64,000 bases of DNA from contig JBFWWG010000006.1 in the NCBI GenBank assembly GCA_050246315.1, positions 128,001 through 192,000 of the forward strand. The letters run 5' to 3'. A program made the translations under genes and the position numbers. The first letter of the stretch is position 1; each line of letters opens with the position of its first letter. The stretch is from Nitrospiraceae bacterium. Lineage in GTDB: Bacteria > Nitrospirota > Nitrospiria > Nitrospirales > Nitrospiraceae. Shown one piece after another: positions 29,856-40,947 of this stretch. The notes below the pieces were generated by a model. The model was not told where the DNA came from, ran no database searches, and saw nothing but the letters and a program-made list of their open reading frames with translations.

Positions 29856-30869
29856 CTATAGCTCGCGCCCGACCGCCTGTCCGATCTTTTTGATCTCGAC
29901 CATCAACTCTTTGAACTTGGCCGGCTTGATCGATTCCTCGCCGTCGCACAGTGCGCACTCAGGATTCGAATGCACCTCGATAAGCAGCCCATCCGCTCCC
30001 GCCGCGATCGCGGCTCGTGACATGGGGGCGACCAGGTTCCACTTGCCGGTGGCATGACTCGGGTCCACGATGACCGGGAGGTGCGACAGTTCTTTGAGTG
30101 TCGGAACGGCCGAAAGGTCGAGCGTATTGCGATATTGCGTTTCGAACGTCCGGATGCCTCGTTCGCACAACATCACGTTGCGATTCCCGCGCGACATCAC
30201 GTATTCCGCCGACAGCAGGAACTCCTTGAGCGTCGCCGAAAGCCCGCGCTTGAGCAGCACCGGTTTGTCGTAGGAGCCGACCTCCTTCAGCAGCTCGAAG
30301 TTCTGCATGTTGCGCGCGCCCACTTGAATGATATCCGCCTTTTCCAGAAATAGATCGATGTCGCGCGTGTCCAGGATTTCGCTCACGACCGGCAGCCCTG
30401 TCTGCTTCTTGGCCTCCAACAGATAGTCGAGCCCTTCCCGGCCCACTCCCTGGAACGAATACGGAGAGGTCCGCGGTTTGTAGGCCCCGCCCCGCAGGAT
30501 GCCCGCCCCACCGGCCTTGACCTCGTGGGCGATGCCGACGGTCAATTCCAATCGCTCCACCGCGCAGGGACCGGCCATGATGGTCAGTTTTTGATCGCCG
30601 ATCTTAACCCCGCCGACATCGATCACCGTCCCCTCTTTCCTGAACTCACGACTGACGAGTTTCCAAGGAGCCAGAATCGGCGTGACGCTTTCCACGCCCG
30701 GGAAGGCCGTGAGCGGTTGATTGTGCAGGATCCGATCATCCCCGATCACCCCGATGATCGTCCGTTCCTGTCCAGTGGAAATGTGCGATTTCAACCCCAG
30801 TTCCCGCAGTCGTTCCAGCAGATGATCGATCTGCTTTTCCGTCGCGTCCGGTTTCAAGACAATGATCAT
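29856..30869 (-). CDS. aroF: DAHP synthase (type I-beta, N-terminal ACT)
   Basis: [22 protein letters not shown]. Confidence 0.93.
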   Translation of the reverse strand: MIIVLKPDATEKQIDHLLERLRELGLKSHISTGQERTIIGVIGDDRILHNQPLTAFPGVESVTPILAPWKLVSREFRKEGTVIDVGGVKIGDQKLTIMAGPCAVERLELTVGIAHEVKAGGAGILRGGAYKPRTSPYSFQGVGREGLDYLLEAKKQTGLPVVSEILDTRDIDLFLEKADIIQVGARNMQNFELLKEVGSYDKPVLLKRGLSATLKEFLLSAEYVMSRGNRNVMLCERGIRTFETQYRNTLDLSAVPTLKELSHLPVIVDPSHATGKWNLVAPMSRAAIAAGADGLLIEVHSNPECALCDGEESIKPAKFKELMVEIKKIGQAVGREL

Positions 30870-30900
30870 GGTGTCGCCTCGACGATCGATACGGAATCGG

Positions 30901-31980
30901 TTAACGCCCCAGGACTTTCCGGAGCGCGGCAAGAAACAGTTGGTTTTCCTCCGGGAGACCGATTGTCACGCGCAGCATCGCCCCTTCAATGTGCCGGACG
31001 ATGACGCCTTCGCGCAGCAGGGATTGGAACAGGACTCGTCCGTCCCGTCCCGAATCGAAATACAGAAAATTCGCCTGGCTCGGAAGGGGCGCAAAACCCA
31101 AGGCCTCGAGGCCCTGTCGCACCACGTCCATTTGTTCCCGATTGAGACTCCGGCTTCGCGCCACATGCCGCTCGTCGCCCAGAGCCGCGATGGCAGCTTC
31201 CTGCGCGACGCTGTTGGCGTTGAAGGGAGGGCGGAGCCGGTTGAGGTAATTCGTGATCTCCGGGGTAGTCAGACCGTAGCCGATGCGCAACCCCGCCAGG
31301 CCATAAATTTTCGAGAAGGTCCGCAACACAATTGCATGGCGACCCTGTTTCAGATAGGAAAGTGAATCGGCATAGTCCGCCGCCTCGGCATATTCGTAAT
31401 AGGCTTCGTCAAACACGACGACGACCTGCTCGGGCACACGCGGCATGAGGGTCCGAACCTCAGCCTCGGTCACCATGGTTCCCGTGGGATTATTGGGATT
31501 GCAGATAAACAGGAGCCTGGTGCGCGGGGTGATGGCGTCAGCCATGGCGGGAAGATCATGGCGTCCGTTCTTCATCGGCACCGCGACCGGCTTTCCATGC
31601 GCGGCGGTGACTTCCATTTTGTAGATCACGAAGGTATTGCTGGCCATGACGGCTTCATCCCCAGGAGCAAGGAACGTTCGGGCCAGCAACCCAAGGATTT
31701 CATCCGATCCATTCCCCAAGATCACCTGGTCGGGAGCGACCTTCCATCGTTCCGCCAGCGCGGAGCGCAGCCGAAATGCCCCACCGTCGGGGTAGCGATG
31801 CAGCGATTCAGTCACCGGGCCGATCGCGGCCACCGCTTTCGGGGAGGGCCCCAATGGGTTCTCGTTCGACGCTAACTTGATGATCCGCGACAGCCCCAGT
31901 TCCCGCTGCAACTCCTCGATCGGTTTGCCCGGGACATAGGGAACGAGCGAATCAATATCGGGATGAACGGTCAGTGCCAT
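30901..31980 (-). CDS. hisC: Histidinol-phosphate aminotransferase
   Basis: KLASNENP, NPNNPTG, DEAY, TFSKIYGLAGLR. Confidence 0.94.
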   Translation of the reverse strand: MALTVHPDIDSLVPYVPGKPIEELQRELGLSRIIKLASNENPLGPSPKAVAAIGPVTESLHRYPDGGAFRLRSALAERWKVAPDQVILGNGSDEILGLLARTFLAPGDEAVMASNTFVIYKMEVTAAHGKPVAVPMKNGRHDLPAMADAITPRTRLLFICNPNNPTGTMVTEAEVRTLMPRVPEQVVVVFDEAYYEYAEAADYADSLSYLKQGRHAIVLRTFSKIYGLAGLRIGYGLTTPEITNYLNRLRPPFNANSVAQEAAIAALGDERHVARSRSLNREQMDVVRQGLEALGFAPLPSQANFLYFDSGRDGRVLFQSLLREGVIVRHIEGAMLRVTIGLPEENQLFLAALRKVLGR

Positions 31981-31982
31981 GA

Positions 31983-33059
31983 TTACGCGTGTGCCGGATA
32001 CGACCCGAGTATCTTCATGAAGAGGCACCGAGATTTCACTTCCTCGAGCGCCTTCTTCATGCGCTCTTCCTCGAGGTGCCCTTCCACATCGACGAAAAAG
32101 ATGTATTCCCAAGCCTTTCGCCGCGAGGGGCGGGATTCGATTTTGGTCATGTTCATGCCAGACGAAGCAAAGGGCCGCAGCAGGTCATAGAGGGCGCCCG
32201 CGCGGTCTTTGACCGAAATCATCACGGAGGTCTTGTCCTTTCCGGTCCGCTGGGGAGCGGTCTTAGCCAGGATCAGAAACCGGGTAAAGTTATGGATGTT
32301 GTCCTCGATCCTCGATTGCACCACCTTGAGGCCGTACAATTGCGCCGCCAGTTCCGAGGCAATGGCTCCGGCGGAGGCGTCTTCGGACGCCATTTCGGCG
32401 GCGCGTGCGGTGCTGGCAACCTCGGACAACGGAACGTTCGGGACATGAGTTTCCAGCCAATTCCGGCATTGGGCCAAGGCATGGGGGTGTGAATAAATCT
32501 TCGTGATCTCCTCCTTCACCCCTGGTTTGGACAAGAGGTGATGTGACACCTCCAGCAGAACCTCCCCATAGATCAGCAGGGGGGAATCGATGAACATATC
32601 AAGGGTGTGGCTGACCACTCCTTCTGTCGAATTCTCGATCGGTACCACACCGAAGTTCGCCCGGCCCCGTTCAACCTCCGTGAAGACATCTTTAATGCTC
32701 GTGACCGGGACATATTGCGCCGACTCGCCGAACTTCTGCCGAGAGGCCAGATGCGTGAATGTGGCGCGTGGCCCCAAATAGACAACTTTTTGCGGTCCCT
32801 CCAGCGACAGAGAGGCAGACATGATCTCTCGATAGACCGACCGGATGGCGTCGCTTGGAAAGGGTCCGGCATTCGCGCTGGTGAGTCGGTGGATGATCTC
32901 CGCTTCACGCGCGGGGGTATGCAGGTTGGCTCCCGCGTCGTTCTGCCGCTTCAGGTTGCCGATTTCAATCACATAGGTCGACCGCTCGTTTAACAAGCGA
33001 AGAATTTCGTCGTCCAGTTGGTCGATGCGTCGCCGTAGCTCGTGCAGATCCGTGTTCAT
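31983..33059 (-). CDS. pheA: Chorismate mutase/prephenate dehydratase
   Basis: N-terminal AroQ, PIENSTEG, TRF, IESRP. Confidence 0.95.
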   Translation of the reverse strand: MNTDLHELRRRIDQLDDEILRLLNERSTYVIEIGNLKRQNDAGANLHTPAREAEIIHRLTSANAGPFPSDAIRSVYREIMSASLSLEGPQKVVYLGPRATFTHLASRQKFGESAQYVPVTSIKDVFTEVERGRANFGVVPIENSTEGVVSHTLDMFIDSPLLIYGEVLLEVSHHLLSKPGVKEEITKIYSHPHALAQCRNWLETHVPNVPLSEVASTARAAEMASEDASAGAIASELAAQLYGLKVVQSRIEDNIHNFTRFLILAKTAPQRTGKDKTSVMISVKDRAGALYDLLRPFASSGMNMTKIESRPSRRKAWEYIFFVDVEGHLEEERMKKALEEVKSRCLFMKILGSYPAHA

Positions 33060-33336
33060 CGCCGGGGGGGTCCGCTCCGTCACAATACAATCCCTCACAA
33101 TCCCGCTGGTGTCGGAGGGGAGCCTCTCAGCCCGAATCCATCCCGCAGCGCGGGCTCGGCTTCCCTGGAATGGATGGCCTGAGAGGTAGAGGGCTCCCTT
33201 CAGAACCAAAGAAGGAATGTTACTAAAAACCCCTGAAGTCTTGCAAGGATAGGAAACTCGGTCGAATCGAGCGTCCTCCGCTGATTATTCCAGCGCCCGC
33301 GGCAGGAAGCGTGCGAGGGGTCGCGAGAAATCGAAG

Positions 33337-34341
33337 CTATGCAAACAGGTCCCTCTTCCTTCCGAAATGCTCATAGGCCACCCTGGTCGCGCAACGACCG
33401 CGAGCGGTCCGCTCCAGATACCCGGCTTGAATCAGATAGGGCTCGTAGACTTCTTCGAGCGTGGCTCGGTCTTCATTGATGGCGGCCGCGAGGGATTCGA
33501 CTCCCACCGGCCCTCCGCCAAACCTCTCCAGAATCGTGAAGAGAATATTTCGGTCCATCTCATCGAACCCGGCCCGATCCACTCCGATCCAATCCAAGGC
33601 ATCCTGGGCCACCTGACGGGTAATGTGCCCTTGGGCCTTGATCTGAGCAAAATCCCGCACCCGCTTCATCAGCCGGTTGACGACTCTGGGCGTTCCCCTG
33701 GCGCGGCCAGCAATTTCCCTGGCGCCGGCTTCGTCGATCTCCACGCGCAGGAGGCGCCCGGTCCGCCGAACGATCGCCTCCAATTCCTCTGGAGCATAGA
33801 ATCCCAGCCGATAGACCAGTCCAAACCGCTCCCGGAGGGGGCTCGTCAGGGCACCGGCTCTGGTCGTCGCCCCCACCAACGTGAAGGGTGGCAATTCGAG
33901 CTTGACGGTCTTCGCCTGCGGTCCCTGCCCGACGACCAGGTCCAACTGGTAGTCCTCCATCGCCGGATACAACGCCTCCTCTACCGAGGCAGGCAGGCGA
34001 TGGATCTCGTCGATGAACAGGACATCGCCCTGCTGTAGGTTGGTCAGGATGGCCGCGACATCCCCGGCATGAGCCAAGACCAACCCCGAGGTAGAACGGA
34101 TCGCTGCCCCCATCTCTCGCGCGATGATATGTGCGATCGTGGTTTTGCCGAGTCCCGGCGGCCCATAAAAGATCGCATGGTCCAGAGCCTCGCCCCGTTG
34201 CTTGGCCGCATCGATACAGACTTGTAACGATTGCTTCATCGACACTTGGCCGATGTATTCCTGAAGCGTCTGAGGTCTGAGGGTCAGTTCCAATCCCTGT
34301 TCTTCATCCGTGGCTCCGGGCGACACGATGCGCCGATCCAT
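33337..34341 (-). CDS. ruvB: Holliday junction branch migration helicase
   Basis: [25 protein letters not shown]. Confidence 0.97.
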   Translation of the reverse strand: MDRRIVSPGATDEEQGLELTLRPQTLQEYIGQVSMKQSLQVCIDAAKQRGEALDHAIFYGPPGLGKTTIAHIIAREMGAAIRSTSGLVLAHAGDVAAILTNLQQGDVLFIDEIHRLPASVEEALYPAMEDYQLDLVVGQGPQAKTVKLELPPFTLVGATTRAGALTSPLRERFGLVYRLGFYAPEELEAIVRRTGRLLRVEIDEAGAREIAGRARGTPRVVNRLMKRVRDFAQIKAQGHITRQVAQDALDWIGVDRAGFDEMDRNILFTILERFGGGPVGVESLAAAINEDRATLEEVYEPYLIQAGYLERTARGRCATRVAYEHFGRKRDLFA

Positions 34342-34346
34342 TGGTG

Positions 34347-34829
34347 CTACTTGCTCCCTGGAGCCGGTGAAGGGGGCGGCGGCAAGGTCTGCCCGGGAGG
34401 AGGCAGGCCCCCCTGTCCCGGCGTGGGTAACTGCCCGGCGCAATCAGGCGGGCAAAAGCGGCCGCCTTGCGAGGGATTCGGCGTGATGGAATCCATTTTT
34501 TGAAGTTGGCACCGGCTCATCGCGCCCGCGTCTCGCGCGCACTGCGACGGCACCATGGTTCCTCCGACCTTGACATACCCCTCAGGACATTCTCCGCACA
34601 CGGACAGGAGATTGCCTCCGAGCGGGACGCACTGAACGAGGGTGGGATCACCGTCCGGACAGGTTTTCGGATCGGCAGTGACCGCGGTGGTGGCAAACCC
34701 CTCCGGGCAGCTCCCGCAGCGCAACTGCCTGATCTTGGGTTCTCCCTTCTCTTCCGCCCAGGCGGGAAACCCGGAAAGACCAGCGGCAAGGACAACCGCA
34801 GCCAGTCCCATCATGGCCAACTGTCTCAT
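34347..34829 (-). CDS. Exported cysteine-rich protein with Pro-rich tail
   Basis: Signal peptide; 10 Cys; duplicated CGxCPEG[FY]. Confidence 0.75.
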   Translation of the reverse strand: MRQLAMMGLAAVVLAAGLSGFPAWAEEKGEPKIRQLRCGSCPEGFATTAVTADPKTCPDGDPTLVQCVPLGGNLLSVCGECPEGYVKVGGTMVPSQCARDAGAMSRCQLQKMDSITPNPSQGGRFCPPDCAGQLPTPGQGGLPPPGQTLPPPPSPAPGSK

Positions 34830-34832
34830 CGT

Positions 34833-35432
34833 TCACCCCTTGGCTAAGTGCTTGAGTGTCGCCCGTATGACGTCGGTGAGATCGGCCTGTTCGAGATGGA
34901 GCCTGCTCAAGACCTGTTTGACATCGGCCGGCTTGTAGCCCAGATTGACCAGAGCGGATGTCGCATCCTCATAGACGGATGTCACAGGAAGACTCGCAGC
35001 GGGTGACGATCGCCCCCCGACCCCATACAACCGCTCGACTTTGTCCTTCAGTTCCAAGACAAGGCGGCTGGCAGATTTCTTCCCGATGCCCGGCACCGTC
35101 GCGAGTCTGTCGATGTCATTGCCCTCCACCGCCGAGGCCAAGTCCGGGATCGTGAAGGTCGAGAGCAGACTCAGCGCCAGTTTAGGCCCGATGCCGCTGA
35201 CGGTGGTCAGCAGCCCGAATGCAGCTTTCTCAGGCTCCGTCAGGAATCCGAACAACTGAATCGCGTCGTCCCGGAGGCAGGTCTGCACATGAAGAGTGGT
35301 AACCTGCGCGACCTCCGGGAGCCCGCAGTAGGTGCTGAGGGGAATAAAGAGTTCGTAGCCGACGCCTTGCACATCGACAACGGCCTGGCTGGGGGATTTG
35401 CGGACCAGTCGGCCCGTCAATGAGGCGATCAT
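34833..35432 (-). CDS. ruvA: Holliday junction DNA-binding protein
   Basis: MIASLTG, GVGYE, HhH SGIGPKLA / PGIGKKSA. Confidence 0.96.
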   Translation of the reverse strand: MIASLTGRLVRKSPSQAVVDVQGVGYELFIPLSTYCGLPEVAQVTTLHVQTCLRDDAIQLFGFLTEPEKAAFGLLTTVSGIGPKLALSLLSTFTIPDLASAVEGNDIDRLATVPGIGKKSASRLVLELKDKVERLYGVGGRSSPAASLPVTSVYEDATSALVNLGYKPADVKQVLSRLHLEQADLTDVIRATLKHLAKG

Positions 35433-35477
35433 GCCGGCTCGGCCAGCCCGATGACTCGACAGACAAGCAGCTCGAAG

Positions 35478-36230
35478 TTAACCGGCTGCCGCAGCCTTCT
35501 CCATGATTTCTTCCGAGATGTCGAAATTGGCGTGAACCTTCTGCACGTCGTCGTGATCGTCGAGAATTTCGAGCAGCTTCAGCATTTGCTCCGCTGCCTT
35601 CTCCTCAAGCTGAACAGAGTTCTGGGGCAGGAATGTGACTTCAGCCAGCGACGGTTCGAGGTGGGCATCCGCAATGGCTTTTCTCACCGGCTCGAAATCG
35701 TGCGGCGCCGTCACGACCTCAAACGTCTTGTCCGTGACTTTGACATCTTCGGCCCCCGCATCGAGGCTCAGCGACAGGAGCCGATCTTCGTCAACCTTGG
35801 CCTTATCCACGATGATGAGGCCCTTCTTGTGAAACTGCCAGGCCACGGCGCCAGCCTCGGCCAAGCTGCTGCTGTTCTTGGTGAGGAGACTGCGGATTTC
35901 CGCCACGGTACGGTTCCGGTTATCGGATTGGATCTCGATCAGAAGCGCGGTCCCGCCAGGACCGTAGCCTTCGAGCGAAAACTCCTCGATCGTCACGCCG
36001 GGTAATTCACCGGTCCCCCGCTGGATGGCCTTCTTAATCGTGTCGTTGGGCATGTTGGCTTCGCGCGCCTTGATAACAGCCAACCGTAAGCGAGGGTTGC
36101 CGTCTGGGTCCCCTCCCGCCCTGGCCGCGATCGTGATCTCGCGGATAACCTTGGTGAAGAGCTTGCCTCGTTTGGCATCGACCGACGCCTTGTGCCGCTT
36201 GGTGGTGGCCCAATGACTATGGCCGCCCAT
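35478..36230 (-). CDS. yebC: YebC/PmpR family protein
   Basis: MGGHSHW, NPRLR, EGYGPGG, DNRNRT. Confidence 0.94.
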   Translation of the reverse strand: MGGHSHWATTKRHKASVDAKRGKLFTKVIREITIAARAGGDPDGNPRLRLAVIKAREANMPNDTIKKAIQRGTGELPGVTIEEFSLEGYGPGGTALLIEIQSDNRNRTVAEIRSLLTKNSSSLAEAGAVAWQFHKKGLIIVDKAKVDEDRLLSLSLDAGAEDVKVTDKTFEVVTAPHDFEPVRKAIADAHLEPSLAEVTFLPQNSVQLEEKAAEQMLKLLEILDDHDDVQKVHANFDISEEIMEKAAAAG

Positions 36231-36323
36231 ATGACCCTCCTGCAATCAATCGGTGTAACTCGGTACAGCTAGCACAGTCTCAACGGGGGTGTCAACGAAC
36301 CGAGGTGCAGAGGTGATTTACAG

Positions 36324-37136
36324 CTAATCCCGATACAGTAGCAACTGCACGGCAATCGTCAGCACAAGCAGCGACCAGGTGAGGTCCCACCAGGAAATGT
36401 TGTGAGTGCCGGCATGCTCCAAACCGGCTTTTGGAGGAAGTTCACGAACGGCCTTCCAGCCGGCCAGGGTCTTGGCGATCCCCCCTGCGATCGCGGCGGC
36501 TCCCATTTGGAGGTGATGAACCGCAATGTGCGCGGCGTGAGGATGGGCCCCATGGTCGTGCGAGAACAGCATGAACCCGCCAACGATAGCAAACAGCGGC
36601 AGAGGAAAGCGCCAGACGGGAGATCGCAGCACCTCTCGTCGTCTGGCCAATTCAATCGCACCGACGCTCAAGGCGAGCAGACCATACAGTTTGTGCTGCG
36701 CGATCTCATTCGTGGCCCTGACGAAGGTGTCGAGAAAACTCATGTGCCCGACCGGCCAGGCATCATGATCACTCCAGATCAGGAGCCAGATCCCGGCCGC
36801 CATCAACGCTCCCGGCAGGAGATACGTACCCCAATCTCTGCCGCGTACACCTGCGCTGGCTCGAAGTTCACTCAAGCCGATCAACAAAACAAAGAGTGCA
36901 CTGATCTGATGGCTGAACTCGGAGTAGGCCCTGCCTTCTGCCGACCCCTCCCACTGAGGGAGCTGCGACACGGCATGGGCATGCCCGGATCGTGCGTAGT
37001 AGGCGTCGGATTTCGCTTGATGCTCCTGGTTGTGCTGGGCTGAAAGAAGGGAGGGGGAGAACCAGGGCGCAAGCGCGAGCACTAGTGCAAGCAACAGATT
37101 CCGGAACGAAAACCACCGACGTTCGATATCAGACAT
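36324..37136 (-). CDS. His-rich multi-pass membrane protein
   Basis: N-terminal signal/TM, several TMs with intramembrane His. Confidence 0.7.
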   Translation of the reverse strand: MSDIERRWFSFRNLLLALVLALAPWFSPSLLSAQHNQEHQAKSDAYYARSGHAHAVSQLPQWEGSAEGRAYSEFSHQISALFVLLIGLSELRASAGVRGRDWGTYLLPGALMAAGIWLLIWSDHDAWPVGHMSFLDTFVRATNEIAQHKLYGLLALSVGAIELARRREVLRSPVWRFPLPLFAIVGGFMLFSHDHGAHPHAAHIAVHHLQMGAAAIAGGIAKTLAGWKAVRELPPKAGLEHAGTHNISWWDLTWSLLVLTIAVQLLLYRD

Positions 37137-37172
37137 TCCTTCCAACTGCTCGATCGACAGCACCCGACAAAC

Positions 37173-37202
37173 AAAAAGCCCATTCGGCTTGCCGAATGGG
37201 CC
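37173..37202 (-). terminator. Intrinsic terminator
   Basis: GCCCATTCGGC-AA-GCCGAATGGGC + TTTTTGTTT. Confidence 0.75.
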
Positions 37203-37231
37203 CCGTACCGCAGCCCGCCGCGAATTCCTGC

Positions 37232-37993
37232 CTACATGAATTTCAGAAACTTGTCCTTCGCCTCGTCCATCACCTGAGCGGTGACGGTCGCAGCCCCGCG
37301 TTCCTTGGCCAGCCGTTCGATCTCGCGCCGCGCCATCGGTCGGATGAAGTCGGGGATATTTTCAAGCCGTTGTTCCGCTTCCGCCGTCCAGGTAAGTCCG
37401 TTCGGCTCGCTCTTCGCATCATCCATAACCTGTAGGGTGATGCTGGCAAATCCATGTCGTCTCGCATAGGCTTCCACACTGGCCTGCACCATCGGCTTGA
37501 CAAAGGACGGCAATCGTTCCAACCGCTCCGTCGCATCCGGAGTCCAACTCAACCCTGATGGAGCCGCCTCCGCCTGTTTATTCCCACTTCCCATACCCAT
37601 CTGCGCGACAACGGCGGCGAAGGGACAGGACCCGCCAGATTTTTCTCCCTCCTTCGGAGAAGTGGAGACGCCTGGCTTGGGATGGGCTGCCTGATGCGCC
37701 GGTTGCCCGGCCTGGATTTTTTCGTTCAGATAGGTCGCCATCTGCCCCATACCGGCCTTGGCTTCTTCCTTCAGTGTTCCCCGTGTCATCTCAAACGGCT
37801 CGGCCGGAGCCGGTCTTCCGCCGAGCTTCACCCCGAGCGAACTGACCATCTGCGTCTCTCCAGGATTGGTGACCATGGAGAACTTTGCCCCACAGGCCGG
37901 GCAGCCGAAAAACACTCCGAGAGACCCTTCCGCCGGTTGCTCGACCTTCTGGAAGGTCATGTAGGTTTCACAGTTGAGGCAGACGAACTTCAT
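37232..37993 (-). CDS. Zinc-ribbon + two PCP_red repeats protein
   Basis: CLNC...CPAC; SCPF; two WTxxAxxRL repeats. Confidence 0.82.
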   Translation of the reverse strand: MKFVCLNCETYMTFQKVEQPAEGSLGVFFGCPACGAKFSMVTNPGETQMVSSLGVKLGGRPAPAEPFEMTRGTLKEEAKAGMGQMATYLNEKIQAGQPAHQAAHPKPGVSTSPKEGEKSGGSCPFAAVVAQMGMGSGNKQAEAAPSGLSWTPDATERLERLPSFVKPMVQASVEAYARRHGFASITLQVMDDAKSEPNGLTWTAEAEQRLENIPDFIRPMARREIERLAKERGAATVTAQVMDEAKDKFLKFM

Positions 37994-38039
37994 GCCAGCA
38001 CCTCGTAATGTCGCACGTCAAAAAAAGATGACGGTGTTT

Positions 38040-38978
38040 CTATAACTTCTCAGCCAAGACCTTTCGGTATTCGGCCAACGTCACAACCCGTTCGGCTATC
38101 TGCCGATACCGTTGCAGAGTGGGATAGCTCTCGTCGAGCAACGGCATTCCTTTGTCGAAGGTCTTAGCCAGAGTTCGGTCGAAGGGAATCCTCCCGAGCA
38201 ACGGCACGTCCAGAGCGTCGCACATGGCCTCAGTGTTGCCTTCGAAAAGTTCGTGCTCCGCCCCGCAGGAGGGGCAGCGATATTGGCTCATATTCTCGAC
38301 GACCCCGAGCACGTTGATGCCCATGTCGCGCGCATAGGTAATCGACTTCTGGACGACATCGGAGGCCACCTCCGACGGCGTGGTTATCACAACGGCGCCC
38401 GCCAGGTCGGGAATAAAGCCGGCGATGACAGGCGGCTTGTCAGCCGCGGCTCCAGGGGGAAGATCCGTGAGCAGGTAGTCCAGCTCCCCCCATATGACAT
38501 CGCCGAGAAACTCTCGAATCACATTCATTTCCATCAAACCCAGCCAGACCGGGCTGAGATCCATCGGCCCCTTCCAGCGCACAGGGGAGGTCGCGTCGAG
38601 AAAGAAATCCATCGAGGCGACCTTGATATTCAAGGGTCCGATCGGCGGAAGCGCGCCTTCCGGCGTCAGCGTCAACCGTTGGCCGTGCATCCCCAGCATG
38701 CGGGGGACGCAGGGCCCGTTCAAATCGACGTCCAGCAACCCCACCTTGTAGCCCATCCGGGCCAGGGCCAGCGCGAGATTCACGGTCGTCATGCTCTTGC
38801 CGACCCCGCCTTTCCCGCTCATGACCACCAGCTTGTGCTTGATCCCGGCCATGCGGCCTCGGACCTGCCGCATCTGCGCCGTGATCTGCTCCACGACCTT
38901 GGCATCATCGCGATACTGGAGCTTTGTCAGAATGTCTTTAAGATTTTTGTCCGGCGTCATGGTCGTGGCGTCATTCAT
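38040..38978 (-). CDS. Mrp/NBP35 (ApbC-like) Fe-S carrier ATPase
   Basis: GKGGVGKS, DLPPG, ENMS..CPSC. Confidence 0.92.
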   Translation of the reverse strand: MNDATTMTPDKNLKDILTKLQYRDDAKVVEQITAQMRQVRGRMAGIKHKLVVMSGKGGVGKSMTTVNLALALARMGYKVGLLDVDLNGPCVPRMLGMHGQRLTLTPEGALPPIGPLNIKVASMDFFLDATSPVRWKGPMDLSPVWLGLMEMNVIREFLGDVIWGELDYLLTDLPPGAAADKPPVIAGFIPDLAGAVVITTPSEVASDVVQKSITYARDMGINVLGVVENMSQYRCPSCGAEHELFEGNTEAMCDALDVPLLGRIPFDRTLAKTFDKGMPLLDESYPTLQRYRQIAERVVTLAEYRKVLAEKL

Positions 38979-39095
38979 CGCAGAGCACCGTTCGTAACCG
39001 GGCACCGTAGCACAGGCTTTTCGGGAGAGTCAAACCGCAGAAGTGTGATTGGCTCGACATCCTCCATTGCCACGGATCGGTCGATCCCTTGATCT

Positions 39096-40937
39096 TCAAA
39101 TGGAATATTGCGCAGAGGGCGCGCCTCCCTCCTGACGGGAAAGGATGCCGCGGCCCTTCAGCTCGGCAATGATCTGCTTCGCGATGGCTTCAAAATCTTT
39201 CGGACCCGCATACGCCAGATCAGTCCCAGGCGGAGGCACCTCCGATTGATTGGACAAATGCACCGTGATGACCGGCGTCGGCTGAACCAGAGTCCGGACA
39301 TCCTGGTGGTCTGCACGGCTGAACGTGTTCGTCGTCGAAATCACGATCAGGCCGGCATCCGTGATGAGACGGGCGACTTCGCCGAACCGCCGGACCAACT
39401 CCTTTTCCTTCGCATCTCCATCGCGCACGTCGCTGTCGAGGCCGTGCCGGAGATTCTGTCCGTCCAACAGGTAGGCGTGCCGTCCTTCGGCGATCAGGCG
39501 GACCTCCAGCCGGCGGGCCAGGAAGGATTTGCCGGCATGGGCGCCTCCGGCGATCAACACCATCGCCGCACGGTGCCCGAACACCGACGCTCGTTCGTCC
39601 GGACTCACATCCCCCTTCACCCAGGCGATGTCTCGCCGCCGAGCCTCCTCGCGGAGCTGGGTCTGGTCATCCTTAAGCCCCTCGGTAATGATGCCGCCGC
39701 CCGACACATCGAACTGGTCTACGAGCACGAAACGTCCGGTGACATCGGAGTCCGAGTAGCGATCGAACGCGATCGGCGACTTGGTGCGGATGGTCAACTC
39801 GGCGACTTCGTTTCGGGCAACCGAGGTGTGGACCTGCTTCGCATCCAGATCCTGTGTGTCGATAATGCGATGGATGGTCGCGACCTCGCAGTCCACTTCG
39901 CGGGTGGCCAGACGCAGGAGATACTTCCGACCGATTTCCAGCGGCCTCCGCCCCATCCAGAACAAATTGCACCGCAACATCGTCGAAACCTGCGGCACGG
40001 TTTCCTGGTGGGACGCCATCTCGCCTCGCTCGACGAAGATCTGCTCATCCAGCGTGATGCCGGTGGATTGGCCGGCCCTCGCCTCGGTGGGAACGGGATC
40101 AACGTTGAAGGCTTCGATGGTCCGGACCACTGCGGACTTGTTGGAAGGTGAGAACAACAGGCGGTCTCCGACCTTGAGGACCCCGCTGGCGATGCGCCCT
40201 GCGAGAATACGCCGCGCGTCAAACTTGTAGACGTCCTGCACCGGGAATCGCAGCGGCTGCTGTTCGCGCGCCGTCTCCTTGGTGAAGGATTCCAGCATTT
40301 GAAGCACGGTCGGCCCGCTGTACCATGGCATCTGGCCGCTCGGCTGCGCGATATTGTCTCCCAGCTTCGCGCTGACGGGGATGAACCGCTCCGGCTTCAC
40401 CTTCAGTTGCGCCAGAAACTCACTGTATTCCTGTTCGATGCGGACAAAGGTGTCCTGACGGTACCCGACCAGATCCATCTTGTTCACGACCACGGCCACC
40501 TGTTTCACGCCGAGCAGAGAGAGGAGGTAGCCGTGCTTTTTGGATTGCTCTTTGACACCCTCGTGGGCATCAATCAGCAGTAACGCCGCTTCCGCCCGCG
40601 CGGCGCCCGAGACCATGTTCTTGAGAAACTCCTTGTGGCCTGGCGCATCGATAATGATGTATTGCCGGTTCTTCCATGAAAAGAAGGTGCGGGCCGTGTC
40701 GATCGTGATCCCCTGTTCCTGTTCCTCCAGAAAGGCATCGAACAGAAACGCGTATTCGAACTCCTTGCCCTGTTGGCGGCAGATCGCCTGGACCTTTTCC
40801 AGCTTCCCATCCGGCAACGAGCCGGTATCGGCGTAAAGTCGGCCGACGAGGGTTGACTTGCCATGGTCCACATGGCCGACGATGACGATATTCAGATGGG
40901 CGTGAGAAACGTGGGGGTCGGTTGCAGTCGTCATCAT
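39096..40937 (-). CDS. cysN: Sulfate adenylyltransferase subunit 1 with C-terminal APS-kinase-like domain
   Basis: [24 protein letters not shown]-terminal [11 protein letters not shown]. Confidence 0.92.
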   Translation of the reverse strand: MMTTATDPHVSHAHLNIVIVGHVDHGKSTLVGRLYADTGSLPDGKLEKVQAICRQQGKEFEYAFLFDAFLEEQEQGITIDTARTFFSWKNRQYIIIDAPGHKEFLKNMVSGAARAEAALLLIDAHEGVKEQSKKHGYLLSLLGVKQVAVVVNKMDLVGYRQDTFVRIEQEYSEFLAQLKVKPERFIPVSAKLGDNIAQPSGQMPWYSGPTVLQMLESFTKETAREQQPLRFPVQDVYKFDARRILAGRIASGVLKVGDRLLFSPSNKSAVVRTIEAFNVDPVPTEARAGQSTGITLDEQIFVERGEMASHQETVPQVSTMLRCNLFWMGRRPLEIGRKYLLRLATREVDCEVATIHRIIDTQDLDAKQVHTSVARNEVAELTIRTKSPIAFDRYSDSDVTGRFVLVDQFDVSGGGIITEGLKDDQTQLREEARRRDIAWVKGDVSPDERASVFGHRAAMVLIAGGAHAGKSFLARRLEVRLIAEGRHAYLLDGQNLRHGLDSDVRDGDAKEKELVRRFGEVARLITDAGLIVISTTNTFSRADHQDVRTLVQPTPVITVHLSNQSEVPPPGTDLAYAGPKDFEAIAKQIIAELKGRGILSRQEGGAPSAQYSI

Positions 40938-40947
40938 CGTATGCTTC

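Noticed and set aside
34347..34829. c-type cytochrome
   Set aside because: CxxC motifs are followed by Pro or Ala, not His.
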